Made by a program: the position numbers and the translations under genes. A model generated the notes under the pieces. That model saw only the letters and a list, made by a program, of their open reading frames with translations. It made no database searches and was not told where the DNA came from. A stretch of 64,000 nt of DNA from Microcystaceae cyanobacterium (GTDB lineage Bacteria > Cyanobacteriota > Cyanobacteriia > Cyanobacteriales > Microcystaceae), in assembly GCA_041746575.1 (NCBI GenBank), contig JBGTGT010000133.1, forward strand, positions 32,001 through 96,000, read 5' to 3'. This document shows positions 12,410 to 22,166 of the stretch, in pieces (the first letter of the stretch is position 1; every line of letters starts with the position of its first letter).

Positions 12410-12605
12410 AAGCCAAAACAATATCAGGCGATAGATGATGCTATTCGCACCGCTCAATTTATCCGTAATAAATGTTTAAGGCATTGATGGATAACAAAGG
12501 TGTGAGTAAATATGATTTATCAAAATACGGACTGATGGTTATTACTGCCAATCTGTTCTTTTTCGTGAAGTAAAAGGCGAATATAAAAGTCAACAAAGAG
12601 CGTTA
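12410..12605 (+). mobile_element. IS200/IS605 TnpB remnant, frameshifted and internally deleted
   Basis: 'KPKQYQAIDDAIRTAQFIRNKCLRH', frameshift, 'MDNKGVSKYDLSKY', then a jump to 'RTDGYYCQ', resembling the RADGYYCQF motif just upstream of RuvC-I. Confidence 0.75.
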
Positions 12606-12720
12606 ACTAAAGGAGATAACAATGGGAATTTATTAGAAAAGAACCAGCCGAGGCATGAGAGAATTAAAACCGTGGTTTCTTCTCTCTAATTTACCCAATT
12701 TAGCTGAGACAATTAATATC
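12603..12720 (+). mobile_element. IS4-family transposase fragment
   Basis: 'Y*KRTSRGMRELKPWFLLSNLPNLAETINI' resembles the cyanobacterial IS4 motif YWKRxxRG...EPWxLLTNL; in-frame stop. Confidence 0.6.
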
Positions 12721-12900
12721 AACAAGCTTCCTTTCTACCAGAGGGGCAACGAGCTATGACTCTTATACAGCAGGCTATTTAGCTCCATCATTACCCCGTC
12801 ATTAGCTCAAGTTAAAGCGATTATCCCTCAAATTGGAATGAGGCTTTGCAGGCTTATTTGAGACAGCAGAAAGAACAAGAAAGAAAACAACGAATCGCTT
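12721..12900 (+). pseudogene. Gene fragment with in-frame stops, possibly the C-terminus of a plasmid Toprim/relaxase-type protein
   Basis: 'EGQRAMTLIQQAI*...NWNEALQAYLRQQKEQERKQR' loosely resembles the Toprim GQxA...DWNE tail. Confidence 0.3.
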
Positions 12901-12912
12901 TCTTCCTTAAGA

Positions 12913-13650
12913 TTAACTCCAAGTTAAAAAGTGTTCTTGTGTTAAGTATTTAGGTCTAAGTGCTTTTTGAATATACATTTTTTGATGTTCCTCTTGAGTA
13001 AAAGGAGCATAGTTCTTGTACGATAAAAGTTTAGCTCCTTTGTCAATAATACATTCTTTTTTACTTTCAAAATCACTAATTTTAAAAACTGTAGTGGTAT
13101 CCACTTTTGCGCCCCCAAAGAAAGTTTCGGTTTCACCCTTTATCTTATCATTGGTCTTAAAATCAAAATAACCTGAAGATGTTTCACCAAATTCATCTTC
13201 TAACACGCCCGAAAAATCTATTCTTTCAACTTTCCATGTCTCTGGATCAAGCTTAGTTTTGTCTGTAAGAGGTATTTTTTTTGACATCCAAGGCTTTCCT
13301 TGACCATTGAAATTATCATATTCTTGATCAGCACTGTCACAATTGCTATCTTGCCATGTAAATTTTATAAAACTATCTTTAGCACTAAATGGATCTTTCT
13401 TGATGCTAAAAACAGCATTTATAGTTACCATATCAAGTTTAGGGACTCCTTTTTTCTGGGCCTCATCTATACATCCATCTTTAGTAGCATCGTTCTCTAA
13501 GTAAGTTGAGTTTCCCATAAAACTAAATGAGCCATTGAGTGTTGTTGCTTGTGCAGGCTGAGCAATAATAGCGGATACAAGCAATGCAGAAGTGATATGA
13601 ACAACGCAATTAATTGGAAAAACTTTCATGGTAATTATTAAGAAAAACAA
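12913..13650 (-). CDS. Hypothetical secreted protein, AT-rich
   Basis: 245-codon ORF; signal peptide ending 'IAQPAQA'; start may be the internal Met of MKVFP; no recognisable domain. Confidence 0.6.
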   Translation of the reverse strand: MFFLIITMKVFPINCVVHITSALLVSAIIAQPAQATTLNGSFSFMGNSTYLENDATKDGCIDEAQKKGVPKLDMVTINAVFSIKKDPFSAKDSFIKFTWQDSNCDSADQEYDNFNGQGKPWMSKKIPLTDKTKLDPETWKVERIDFSGVLEDEFGETSSGYFDFKTNDKIKGETETFFGGAKVDTTTVFKISDFESKKECIIDKGAKLLSYKNYAPFTQEEHQKMYIQKALRPKYLTQEHFLTWS

Positions 13651-13946
13651 CTTGAGCTTTAACTTGATTGTTGACTACTCACTAATTACTCAGAAGAAAA
13701 AACGTACTTTGTGACACTTCGACTAAAATTTGTTACAAAACGCAATGTAAACAGCTAAAACTTAGGGTTTCTTCATTTTCCCAATAAATATACTAAATTT
13801 TGTATTTTCTTTGTCACGGGGTTGTCACTCCATCAGGAAGGTCAGTTTAACTCCTTTTTAGGACAAGAAAAAACAAAGGGTGGACATCTTTGCATTCATT
13901 CACTTTAAGATAAATTTATGATAAAGACAGAGAGGATACGCCATCA

Positions 13947-14642
13947 ATGATCGATCTCTACTATTGGGCAACGCCGAATGGGCATAAAATCACCATTTTT
14001 CTCAAAGAAACTGACCTCCCTTACCGACTTCATCCCGTTAACATCGCCAATGGAGAACAATTTGACCCTGATTTCCTGAAGATTTCTCCTAATAATCGCA
14101 TTCCTGCGATCGTAGATCTTAACCCAACGGAGGGGGATGAACCGATTAGTGTGTTTGAATCGGGGGCAATTCTGCAATATCTAGCGGAAAAAACAGGACA
14201 ATTTCTTCCTAATGATGTCAGGGGACGATTTGAGGTCATGCAGTGGCTATTTTGGCAAATGGGGGGACTTGGCCCCATGCTTGGACAAAATCATCATTTT
14301 GTCAGTTATGCGCCCGAAAAGATACCTTATGCTATTAATCGCTATGTCAAAGAAACTGAAAGACTTTACGGGGTGTTAGATGAATGTTTGAGCAACAGGG
14401 CGTTTATCGCAGGTGACTACTCGATCGCAGATATGGCCGTTTATCCTTGGATTGTTCCCCATCAGCAACAGCAACAAAACCTTGAGGAATTTCCCCATCT
14501 CAAACGCTGGTTTGAAACGCTCAAGGTGCGTACTGCCGTTCAAAAGGCTTATACCGTTGCAGAGTCCCTAAAAACAGAGGCAACGATGACCGAAGATGCT
14601 AAAAAGATTCTTTTTGGTCAAGGAAAACGCCAAAAACATTAA
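13947..14642 (+). CDS. Glutathione S-transferase, YfcG-like (nu class)
   Basis: 'TPNGHK', 'ISPNNRIPAI', 'FESGAIL', 'QWLFWQMGGLGPM', 'YSIAD'. Confidence 0.92.
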   Translation: MIDLYYWATPNGHKITIFLKETDLPYRLHPVNIANGEQFDPDFLKISPNNRIPAIVDLNPTEGDEPISVFESGAILQYLAEKTGQFLPNDVRGRFEVMQWLFWQMGGLGPMLGQNHHFVSYAPEKIPYAINRYVKETERLYGVLDECLSNRAFIAGDYSIADMAVYPWIVPHQQQQQNLEEFPHLKRWFETLKVRTAVQKAYTVAESLKTEATMTEDAKKILFGQGKRQKH

Positions 14643-16057
14643 TGTTCCGTCTCATCCGATCTCGTATCGTCACCCTGCTCGCTGTTTGCGGGGGATGGGG
14701 GTAAATTTTGCACAATTCTCGCCCCGTCACCCTGCCCGCCGTTTTCAGGGGATAGGGGCAAATCTCTGACAATGACTGTATAAATCTCTGTTGGCATTTC
14801 AATATTTGCTTTTTCTAAGGCTTCTTTAATCGCTTGAGCAACGTCAGATGTAATATTTAAAAATCCTGCGCGACGGGAATCTACCCAAAAGCGTACCTCT
14901 AAATTGACCGTACTCGCTCCTAATTCCCGCACTAATACATCTGGGAGAGGGGTGTTTTCCACCTGTGACAAAGTTTCTAGGGTTTGATGAATGACAGCTT
15001 TGGCTTGATTAATTTCTTCTTGGTAATCAATCCCCACCATTAAAGAACTTCGACGACGAGGAGAAGCCGTATTGTTAATAATACTGGCTTGAAAGACCTC
15101 CTGATTGGGAATATATACCAAACGCCCATCATAGGTTCTTAAAGTCGTCGCCCGCAACTGAATTTGCGTAATCGTACCTTCATAATCCCCAATAACGACT
15201 TGATCGTTAATCCGAAAAGGATGCGCCGCTAGTAAAATGACCCCAGAAATGTAATTACTCAAAACATCCTTAAGACTAAACCCGATGGCGACGCTGGTTA
15301 AACCTAAAGCCCCTAACATTGCGCCAAAATCCAGCCCTAAAACCCCCAGCGCAATAACGCTACCCATTACCCAAACGGCACCGTAACTGAGCCTTCCTAC
15401 CAAAATTTCTGCACTCGAATCCCCTTCAGTCTGTTTTGCCCATGTAAATGCCACATAGCGCACCCCTTTCGCCACGCCCCAAGTCATGCCAGCGACAATA
15501 ATTGCCCCTACCAACGCCGGAAGATGATCAATGGTATTGCGAAGAAATTGACGAACCGTTTCATAGAGTCGTTGCCCAACATCAATCGCTAAAGGGGGCT
15601 TATCAAAGGCACGATTGAGCTTTTCTGACCACTGTTTTGCCAATTCTTCGGCGGATAAGCCAAAATCAAGGGCATCCTGCTCTGTTACCGTCATTAAAAC
15701 CCGATTATTGAGTTGTAAAGTAGACAGTTTGCGAGAAGCGTCCGATTTAACAGTAACTTTGTCAATCGGGTCAGATTGCACCAAAAGACTAGCAATACGG
15801 CGATTAATAATGGCCGCTCGCTCCCTTGCACTCACTTTTGCCAAACCGCCCACTTGAAAAATAGGCCGTCCCCGAACGAGAATATCAGAAAAATACAAAC
15901 CCTCTTCAGGCGGATTGACTTCTACGATCGGGGGTGGGGGACTTGGGTCTTCTTCTTGAGTTAGAGCGACGGGAAGATTAATCCAGATAATTCCTGTAAT
16001 CCAGAGAGAAACAGAGAATAAGGGGAAATAAAATCTTATTAAGCCACGTACTTTCAT
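14639..16057 (-). CDS. mscS: MscS family mechanosensitive channel
   Basis: N-terminal periplasmic domain plus TM helices; 'AIGFSLKDVLSNYISG', 'PFRINDQV', 'VYIPN'. Confidence 0.9.
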   Translation of the reverse strand: MKVRGLIRFYFPLFSVSLWITGIIWINLPVALTQEEDPSPPPPIVEVNPPEEGLYFSDILVRGRPIFQVGGLAKVSARERAAIINRRIASLLVQSDPIDKVTVKSDASRKLSTLQLNNRVLMTVTEQDALDFGLSAEELAKQWSEKLNRAFDKPPLAIDVGQRLYETVRQFLRNTIDHLPALVGAIIVAGMTWGVAKGVRYVAFTWAKQTEGDSSAEILVGRLSYGAVWVMGSVIALGVLGLDFGAMLGALGLTSVAIGFSLKDVLSNYISGVILLAAHPFRINDQVVIGDYEGTITQIQLRATTLRTYDGRLVYIPNQEVFQASIINNTASPRRRSSLMVGIDYQEEINQAKAVIHQTLETLSQVENTPLPDVLVRELGASTVNLEVRFWVDSRRAGFLNITSDVAQAIKEALEKANIEMPTEIYTVIVRDLPLSPENGGQGDGARIVQNLPPSPANSEQGDDTRSDETEH

Positions 16058-16288
16058 CAGCTTATCGTTATCGTTAGTTTTTTAAAGTTTATTTTAGGGC
16101 TAAAGCCCCCACAACGAAATTACAGCAGTTTGCGACTTAATGATCTCAAATTCGGTTAAATACCCGTAGTCAATCAATAGAACTGAATACGAGGTAAAAG
16201 GATTGAAAATTTGAAGCAGGAGGTAACACCCTTATTTAAAGTCTTCCCCCCATCGGTTTAACGGTCACAGGGCGGTGGAATTTATTAC

Positions 16289-17296
16289 CTATTTTGACTG
16301 ACTGTTACGAGAAGTCTCTTGATTAGAGTAGGTTTTAACATTCAGAATCGCTTGAGCGGCATATTGATCGTTAGGACGTTCATTGAGAGCTTGTTGAAAC
16401 AAATTAATCGCCCTTGGGTAGTTTTCTTGTTCTGTGGCATCGTAACCTAATCTCATATAGCGATCATAGGATGATTCTTGCTCAGTTCCCGTTTGTTCAT
16501 CTTTGTTCATACTATCTCTGATATTCCAGAAAGCGATCGTCGCTTGTCTATCATTAGGACGTTCATAAAGCGCACTTCTAAAATGACTCATTGCCATCGT
16601 ATAATCTTCCCGTTTTTGTGCCGCATAACCGAGTCTCATGTAGCGATCATAAGGACGTTCTCCCACATATAAAATCGGTATTGAAAGGGAATCTTTTGGG
16701 CTAATTTCTTCTCCTCGATTGAGATAGGTTTGAACATTGCGAATGGCTTGGGTGGCATAATAATCTTCAGGACGTTCAACTAGGGCTTGATTAAAGTTTT
16801 TTAGTGCCATTTGATAATCCCCTTGGGCAGTGGCATCATAGCCTTTTTCCATGGAGCGATCATAATCACTTTCTGCGGTAACTGAATCTTGATCTTGACG
16901 CTCATTAATGACATTACGGGTATTCCAATAGGCGATCGTTGCATCCCGATCTTGGGGAACTTCATAAAGCGCATTCCGAAAATAAGAAGCGGCAAGTTCA
17001 TAATTTTCCTTTTGAGCCGCCGAATATCCTAAGCGCATATAGCGATCATAACTGGATTCTTCGGCAGCTTTCTCGACATTATCGCTGATATTAGAGGGTT
17101 TTTGATTTGGATTGGATGAATCTTGATTCGGTTGCTCAGTAGGAAGATCGGTGGGAAGAACCGCCGGGGACACTTGAGGATATTGGGAATTTTGCCGGTT
17201 AGGAAGAGGAGATTCTTGGGCTAAGACAGGGCTTATTGATGACAAGGAAACAACCATCAATACAGCAGATAAAAATTCAAAGTTTTTGTGCTTCAT
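16289..17296 (-). CDS. Secreted TPR-like repeat protein (A-B-A-B YDRYMRLGY repeats)
   Basis: Signal peptide; four helical repeats each starting YDRYMRLGY or YDRSMEKGY. Confidence 0.8.
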   Translation of the reverse strand: MKHKNFEFLSAVLMVVSLSSISPVLAQESPLPNRQNSQYPQVSPAVLPTDLPTEQPNQDSSNPNQKPSNISDNVEKAAEESSYDRYMRLGYSAAQKENYELAASYFRNALYEVPQDRDATIAYWNTRNVINERQDQDSVTAESDYDRSMEKGYDATAQGDYQMALKNFNQALVERPEDYYATQAIRNVQTYLNRGEEISPKDSLSIPILYVGERPYDRYMRLGYAAQKREDYTMAMSHFRSALYERPNDRQATIAFWNIRDSMNKDEQTGTEQESSYDRYMRLGYDATEQENYPRAINLFQQALNERPNDQYAAQAILNVKTYSNQETSRNSQSK

Positions 17297-17570
17297 ATTT
17301 CTTAAACTCCTAATTTATAAACTTGTTTCTACTTCTAGACTCGCAAAAAATACAGACTAAAATCATCCTTCAAATGAAAGAAATTATAAGAGACTTAACC
17401 AACCACAGTATGAGTCTGAGCAATTTCCGATTGCTTACCTTCTCTCTATTTCTCTCAGAAAATAAAGAGAATCAATCTTTGCTTGAAACAATAATAAAGG
17501 ACGCAAATTGTCTTGCGCCCTAACAGAGTGATTAATTAAGTTGGAAAGAAGAATGATTAAAAAATTAGAT

Positions 17571-20500
17571 TTAACCTCCCACAGCCAATATTCCTGCCCC
17601 AGCAGACGCAATCGCCGAGATTAACGCTGTTGAAAATAGCCACCATGCCGCCACAGCTGCCGCTTTTCGAGTGGCTTCGGCTTGTTTTTGAGCTTCTTCT
17701 TTTACTCTCTCAAGTTGAAGTCTTGCAGTCTGTTGAATTCGTTCAGCGCGTTGTAACAGACGATCGCGGGTGTGCTCTACTTGGGCAACCATCCGTTCTG
17801 CCTCCGCCGGCGAAATATCGTCACGGGACTGTAAAATAGCGACAACCGTATCCCGATTAACCTGAGAAAAGCGATCGCGTAAGGCGTCAAATCCCGCTTG
17901 AGGATCATCCATTAGCGTTTGTAAGTCGTCCCGAATGCCACCGTAATTAAGTTCAGGACGCTCTAAACTGTCGAGATAAATGCGGATTTTATCTAAAATA
18001 CGGTTAATTGCTCCTTGTACTTGTTGTTGGATCGCTTCTATTTGTTGAACTGCTTGATTACGCACTTCTAAGATGCGATCAATAATCCGATTGACCTCTT
18101 CCTCCGAAATATCATCCCGTTGAGACAATAACGCCACCAGTGTGTCTCGATCAAAGTAGGACAAGCGTTCTTGGAGACTTTCGAGTCCCATTTTCGGATC
18201 ATGGAGAAGTAACTGCACGTCTCGTTTAATCCCTGCGGGACTGAGTTCTTCTCGGTCCGTAGAGCGCAGATAATCAGCTAAAGTGGCTTGAAATTCCTGA
18301 ACTTGGCGACCGGTTCGTCTTGCCAATCGTTGCGGGGCTTGCGCCCAACTGTGTAAAGTACCAGTCACATCATCAATGATACGATTGACATCGGCTTCAC
18401 TCAAATCTCGGCGTTGACTGAGTAATTGCACCAATGTATCGCGATCCATCATTGCTAATCGCTGTTTAATGGCTTCCGCACCCATTTGTGGATCTTCAAG
18501 GAGGAGAGTTAAATCTCGTTGAATGCCTTCTGGGTTAAGTTCAGTCTTGTTGGTTTGTCTCAAATAATCGGCAATTCCTGAGGTAACTTTTTCGTATTGC
18601 TGTTCCACTTGTCCAGTCAATTTTGCAGGAATAGAACGAATAGAAGTCCAATTTTCTTCAACTTTGTCAAGAACTTCATTGATTTGTTCTTCACTCAAGT
18701 CTTGGCGTTGATTCAGCAGTTGTACTAAAGTATCTCTATCAAAACGAGATGAGCGGTTGCGCAAGGCGGCCATGCCTAAAGAGGGATCATCTAAAAATAA
18801 TTGAAGTTCCCGTTGGATGTCATTCGGATTGAGTTCGTCTTTACCCGTATCTTTAAGATAAGCTTTGACTTTTAGCCATTGTTGTTCAATTTTCCCTTGG
18901 ATAGCGGCTTGATTGTCTTGGGACTCTTGGATCACTTGATCTCGTACTCTCTCAACGTTAGAAACAACAAAAACCCTTTCTCCAATTTCAATATCGTGGC
19001 GTTTTTCTAGCATCCGTTCGAGAGTCGGATAATCGAGTTGTGTCAGACGATGCCGGAGTCGGTCTATCTCCGTATCTGCATCTTCTAAGATAGGTTTGAA
19101 GATAATTTGCACTTTTTCGGCATCTAATAGGTCTTCTTTGGACGTATTTGAAAGATGTTGTTCTACATCAGTCAAGAGAGCGATCGCTTTTTTCCGTTCA
19201 ATAGCCGCCTGTGCTGTATTTAGAACTTCTAGGCGGATTTCTTCGAGGGCATTCGCCGTTTTTTGGATTTTTGCTTGGGTTAAGAGTCCTTTTTCTTTCA
19301 GGAGTGCCACAAAAGTAGAACGAGAAATCGACTCTAATTCTCCCACCGTTACTTCAGGAGAGGCATCAGGATCATAAAGCAGGTTGCGGAATTCACGGTT
19401 GAGGATGTCCGATCTTAATTGCCACGGATAGGTATTAAGCAGATAAGCTTTAATATCGGCTTTTATCGCTTCGTCATTGGTCGTTTCGCCTTTTGTGACT
19501 TGATTGGCCAGTTTATTCGTCTGTTCTCCTAATCCTTCTTTGATTTGATTAATTTGATCGACAATTTTATCAACATCTAATTGCGAAAGATCCGTTCTTC
19601 CCATCGCCAAACTGATTAGGGTATTCATCCCCATCGTTAGACTCTGTGTCAGCCAATTAGATGAGTCAGAAGAGCTAGGTTTTCGGACTTCTTTAACTAA
19701 TTTAGTTAATTTGTCAGTAAATTCGCTTCCTAATAGTTGCTCACTCGGCGCTGTTTTAATGTAGTCCCCTAACTCTCCTATATCATTTTTGGAGGTGGGT
19801 AAAGATTGGGTGATATTGCGCCAAACCGATTCCAGTTTATCTGCCACACGGTTAATATCTTTTTGGGAGAAATCACTTCGATGAGCGATTAATTCGACAA
19901 AAGTTTGACGATCAAGAGAGGGAATTTGTCCAGTTTGGGCAATTTTCTTTAATTCGTCTTGATCTAAGAGTTTTTCAAAGTCAGCGGCCAATTTATCAAA
20001 ATCAAGAGACTGAGGACGCACTTTGGTAAAATAATCTTCTAAATTCTCTCGTACTGTAACCGGATCGAGTGCCGCTCCTAATTCTCGACGGATAGCGGCG
20101 ACTGACGCTTCTGCTGTGTCTACCACTTCTTTTCTAATCGCTTTTGCCCCTAAGGCCGCAGTGGCTGTTCCCATCAAGGACTGAAAACCAGCGGTGGCCG
20201 CATTCACAACTGAACCGACCAAAGAGCCAATGGTAGCAGAACTCACGATCACTAAAAGGGAAAAATACGTCCCCCAAATCACCAAACCGACGATTGCGCC
20301 CGATAACGGAGAGATAAATAAACTGAGTTTAACGGCTAATAAAGAAGCAAAAAATAGGGCAACGGTCACACTTATCAATGTGCCTAATCCTAATACTAAA
20401 CTAATGTTATGGAGAGTATCGCCAAAACTATCTTCATTTTCATTTTCTTCTGAGGATGACCCTCCTGCTAAAGAAATGCCAGCCGCCACCCCTAAATTGG

Positions 20501-20666
20501 TCAAGAGTAATTGAAAGGCAAAAGCTAAAACAACGCCAGCCACTAAGGCGGTAAAAAATTGCGGGCCACTAAACACTAAGGCCGCATCTTCCGGCGAATT
20601 GACAACTGGTTCATTTAAAACTTGCGCTAACAGAGGAGCGATTGAATTGAGCATCATGATCTTCAT
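17571..20666 (-). CDS. Large membrane-anchored helical repeat protein, conserved in cyanobacteria, function unknown
   Basis: Three N-terminal TM helices, one C-terminal TM helix, and roughly 97-aa repeats 'YLxxTxKxELNPxGIxRDLxLLLxDP...DRDTLVQLLSQRxDLSE'. Confidence 0.8.
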   Translation of the reverse strand: MKIMMLNSIAPLLAQVLNEPVVNSPEDAALVFSGPQFFTALVAGVVLAFAFQLLLTNLGVAAGISLAGGSSSEENENEDSFGDTLHNISLVLGLGTLISVTVALFFASLLAVKLSLFISPLSGAIVGLVIWGTYFSLLVIVSSATIGSLVGSVVNAATAGFQSLMGTATAALGAKAIRKEVVDTAEASVAAIRRELGAALDPVTVRENLEDYFTKVRPQSLDFDKLAADFEKLLDQDELKKIAQTGQIPSLDRQTFVELIAHRSDFSQKDINRVADKLESVWRNITQSLPTSKNDIGELGDYIKTAPSEQLLGSEFTDKLTKLVKEVRKPSSSDSSNWLTQSLTMGMNTLISLAMGRTDLSQLDVDKIVDQINQIKEGLGEQTNKLANQVTKGETTNDEAIKADIKAYLLNTYPWQLRSDILNREFRNLLYDPDASPEVTVGELESISRSTFVALLKEKGLLTQAKIQKTANALEEIRLEVLNTAQAAIERKKAIALLTDVEQHLSNTSKEDLLDAEKVQIIFKPILEDADTEIDRLRHRLTQLDYPTLERMLEKRHDIEIGERVFVVSNVERVRDQVIQESQDNQAAIQGKIEQQWLKVKAYLKDTGKDELNPNDIQRELQLFLDDPSLGMAALRNRSSRFDRDTLVQLLNQRQDLSEEQINEVLDKVEENWTSIRSIPAKLTGQVEQQYEKVTSGIADYLRQTNKTELNPEGIQRDLTLLLEDPQMGAEAIKQRLAMMDRDTLVQLLSQRRDLSEADVNRIIDDVTGTLHSWAQAPQRLARRTGRQVQEFQATLADYLRSTDREELSPAGIKRDVQLLLHDPKMGLESLQERLSYFDRDTLVALLSQRDDISEEEVNRIIDRILEVRNQAVQQIEAIQQQVQGAINRILDKIRIYLDSLERPELNYGGIRDDLQTLMDDPQAGFDALRDRFSQVNRDTVVAILQSRDDISPAEAERMVAQVEHTRDRLLQRAERIQQTARLQLERVKEEAQKQAEATRKAAAVAAWWLFSTALISAIASAGAGILAVGG

Positions 20667-20915
20667 TTTTGCAACTTAATTGAAGGAATTAACGTTATTC
20701 CTTAAATATCACAATCCTAGTTCAGCGTTTCTTTTATTTTCTCCCCAAAAAGAAAGATATTTTCTTTATCAATCTATATCAAAAGGTATGTGTTGTGATG
20801 GGATGGGTGCGAGGTGACTCACCTGCTTGCTCTATTCTGCCGAATTAACAGCCTATTGCCGATTGCCCCATCTTTATCTTAAGTTAAATTGACAGCGATT
20901 CTATGGACTAAAATT

Positions 20916-21497
20916 ATGGTGTTAACGCCTTCGACGATGCTTCCTTTGGGAACCCTTGCCCCTGATTTTGCGTTACCGGATACTGTAACGGGAAAAACGA
21001 TTTCACTAACGACATTTGAAGGCAAAGACGCTTTGCTGGTCATGTTTATTTGTCAGCATTGCCCTTTTGTGAAACATCTTCAGGTTGCATTGGCTAAACT
21101 GGGACAAGACTATCGAGATTACGCGTTAGGAATAGTGGCGATCTCTGCTAACGACGTTACCCATTACTCCAGCGATTCCCCTGAAAATCTCCAAAAAATG
21201 GCACAAAGCTTAGGATTTACCTTTCCGGTATGTTACGATGAAAGTCAAGCCGTGGCTAAAGCTTATACCGCCGCCTGTACCCCTGATTTTTTCTTATTTG
21301 ATGCTAATAGAATCCTTGTTTACCGTGGACAGTTCGATAGTAGTCGCCCCGGTAATGAAATTCCCGTCACGGGTGAAGATTTGCGACAGGCAATTGATAG
21401 TCTCTTAGCCGATGAATCAGTGAAAGAAGAACAAATTCCTAGTATTGGCTGTAATATTAAGTGGAAAAAGGGAAATGAACCTGATTACTTTGGTTAA
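20916..21497 (+). CDS. AhpC/TSA-type thioredoxin-fold protein
   Basis: 'APDFALPD', CxxC 'CQHCPFV', 'ACTPDFF', 'SIGCNIKW'; ATG at 20916 preferred over TTG at 20889. Confidence 0.9.
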   Translation: MVLTPSTMLPLGTLAPDFALPDTVTGKTISLTTFEGKDALLVMFICQHCPFVKHLQVALAKLGQDYRDYALGIVAISANDVTHYSSDSPENLQKMAQSLGFTFPVCYDESQAVAKAYTAACTPDFFLFDANRILVYRGQFDSSRPGNEIPVTGEDLRQAIDSLLADESVKEEQIPSIGCNIKWKKGNEPDYFG

Positions 21498-21620
21498 TAC
21501 GTTAATTCAGAACTTTATGTTTTTGTTAATCGTAAGCTCTTTCGGGTTGATGGCATTATTCAGAAACTTATGGTGATCGCCCTACGTCTCTAGCCTGTTA
21601 TTCTTTTAAAACGATACGCC

Positions 21621-22061
21621 ATGAAAGCTTTAGCATTCTTGATCTTGTTAACCGTTGCCCTGCCAATGGTTCGTCCGGCGATCGCTCAAGATCCCCCGGC
21701 AAAAACCTATCAACCCGGATTTTGGCAACCGGTGACTCGCTTTAATGCCGAACAGCCCGTTGAAGTGATCATTCAAAATAACACTGATATTCAGATTGAA
21801 TATGATATCACGGAACTAGAATCTACCAATCCCACATCCCTTCCTGCTGGCCAAACGGGAAGATTACAAGGGTTCGGCAATTCTGCTGTCATTGTAATTT
21901 ACTCTTTAGTTGATAGTAGTAGTGACTTTACCCTCCGTTTTGATGTTACAGTTGATGAGGCAAAAAATCTCGTCAATGTATCGGTTCTCAAAGAAAAGCC
22001 CACTTTTTTTGGTCATCGCGCCGTTAACTTACAAAAAACAGGGGCAGTTTTTGTCTATTAA
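21621..22061 (+). CDS. Hypothetical secreted protein
   Basis: Signal peptide ending 'PAIA'; 'YQPGFWQP' N-terminus; 146 aa. Confidence 0.7.
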   Translation: MKALAFLILLTVALPMVRPAIAQDPPAKTYQPGFWQPVTRFNAEQPVEVIIQNNTDIQIEYDITELESTNPTSLPAGQTGRLQGFGNSAVIVIYSLVDSSSDFTLRFDVTVDEAKNLVNVSVLKEKPTFFGHRAVNLQKTGAVFVY

Positions 22062-22142
22062 AGGGTAAGGGATTGAACAAAGTTTCTCAAACCCTATAGA
22101 GATGTGCCATAAAACGTCTCTATTTTTTTTATTTTTCAAGAC

Positions 22143-22166
22143 AAAAAAAGCAGGTTTATCCTGCTT
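22143..22166 (-). terminator. Intrinsic terminator for a minus-strand transcript
   Basis: Minus strand AAGCAGG-ATAAA-CCTGCTT followed by a T run. Confidence 0.75.

Noticed and set aside
12001..12912. CRISPR-like or integron-like array
   Set aside because: No repeated spacer-flanking sequence, attC-like palindrome, cas gene or integrase is visible.
13841..13875. Possible IS3-like terminal repeat (TCAGTTTAACTCCTTTTTAGGACAAG)
   Set aside because: Single copy with no partner end or transposase; the resemblance is too weak to call by eye.
16096..16145. REP-like palindrome GGGCTAAAGCCC and a possible MITE end
   Set aside because: Only one copy seen in the window; a genome-wide count is needed.
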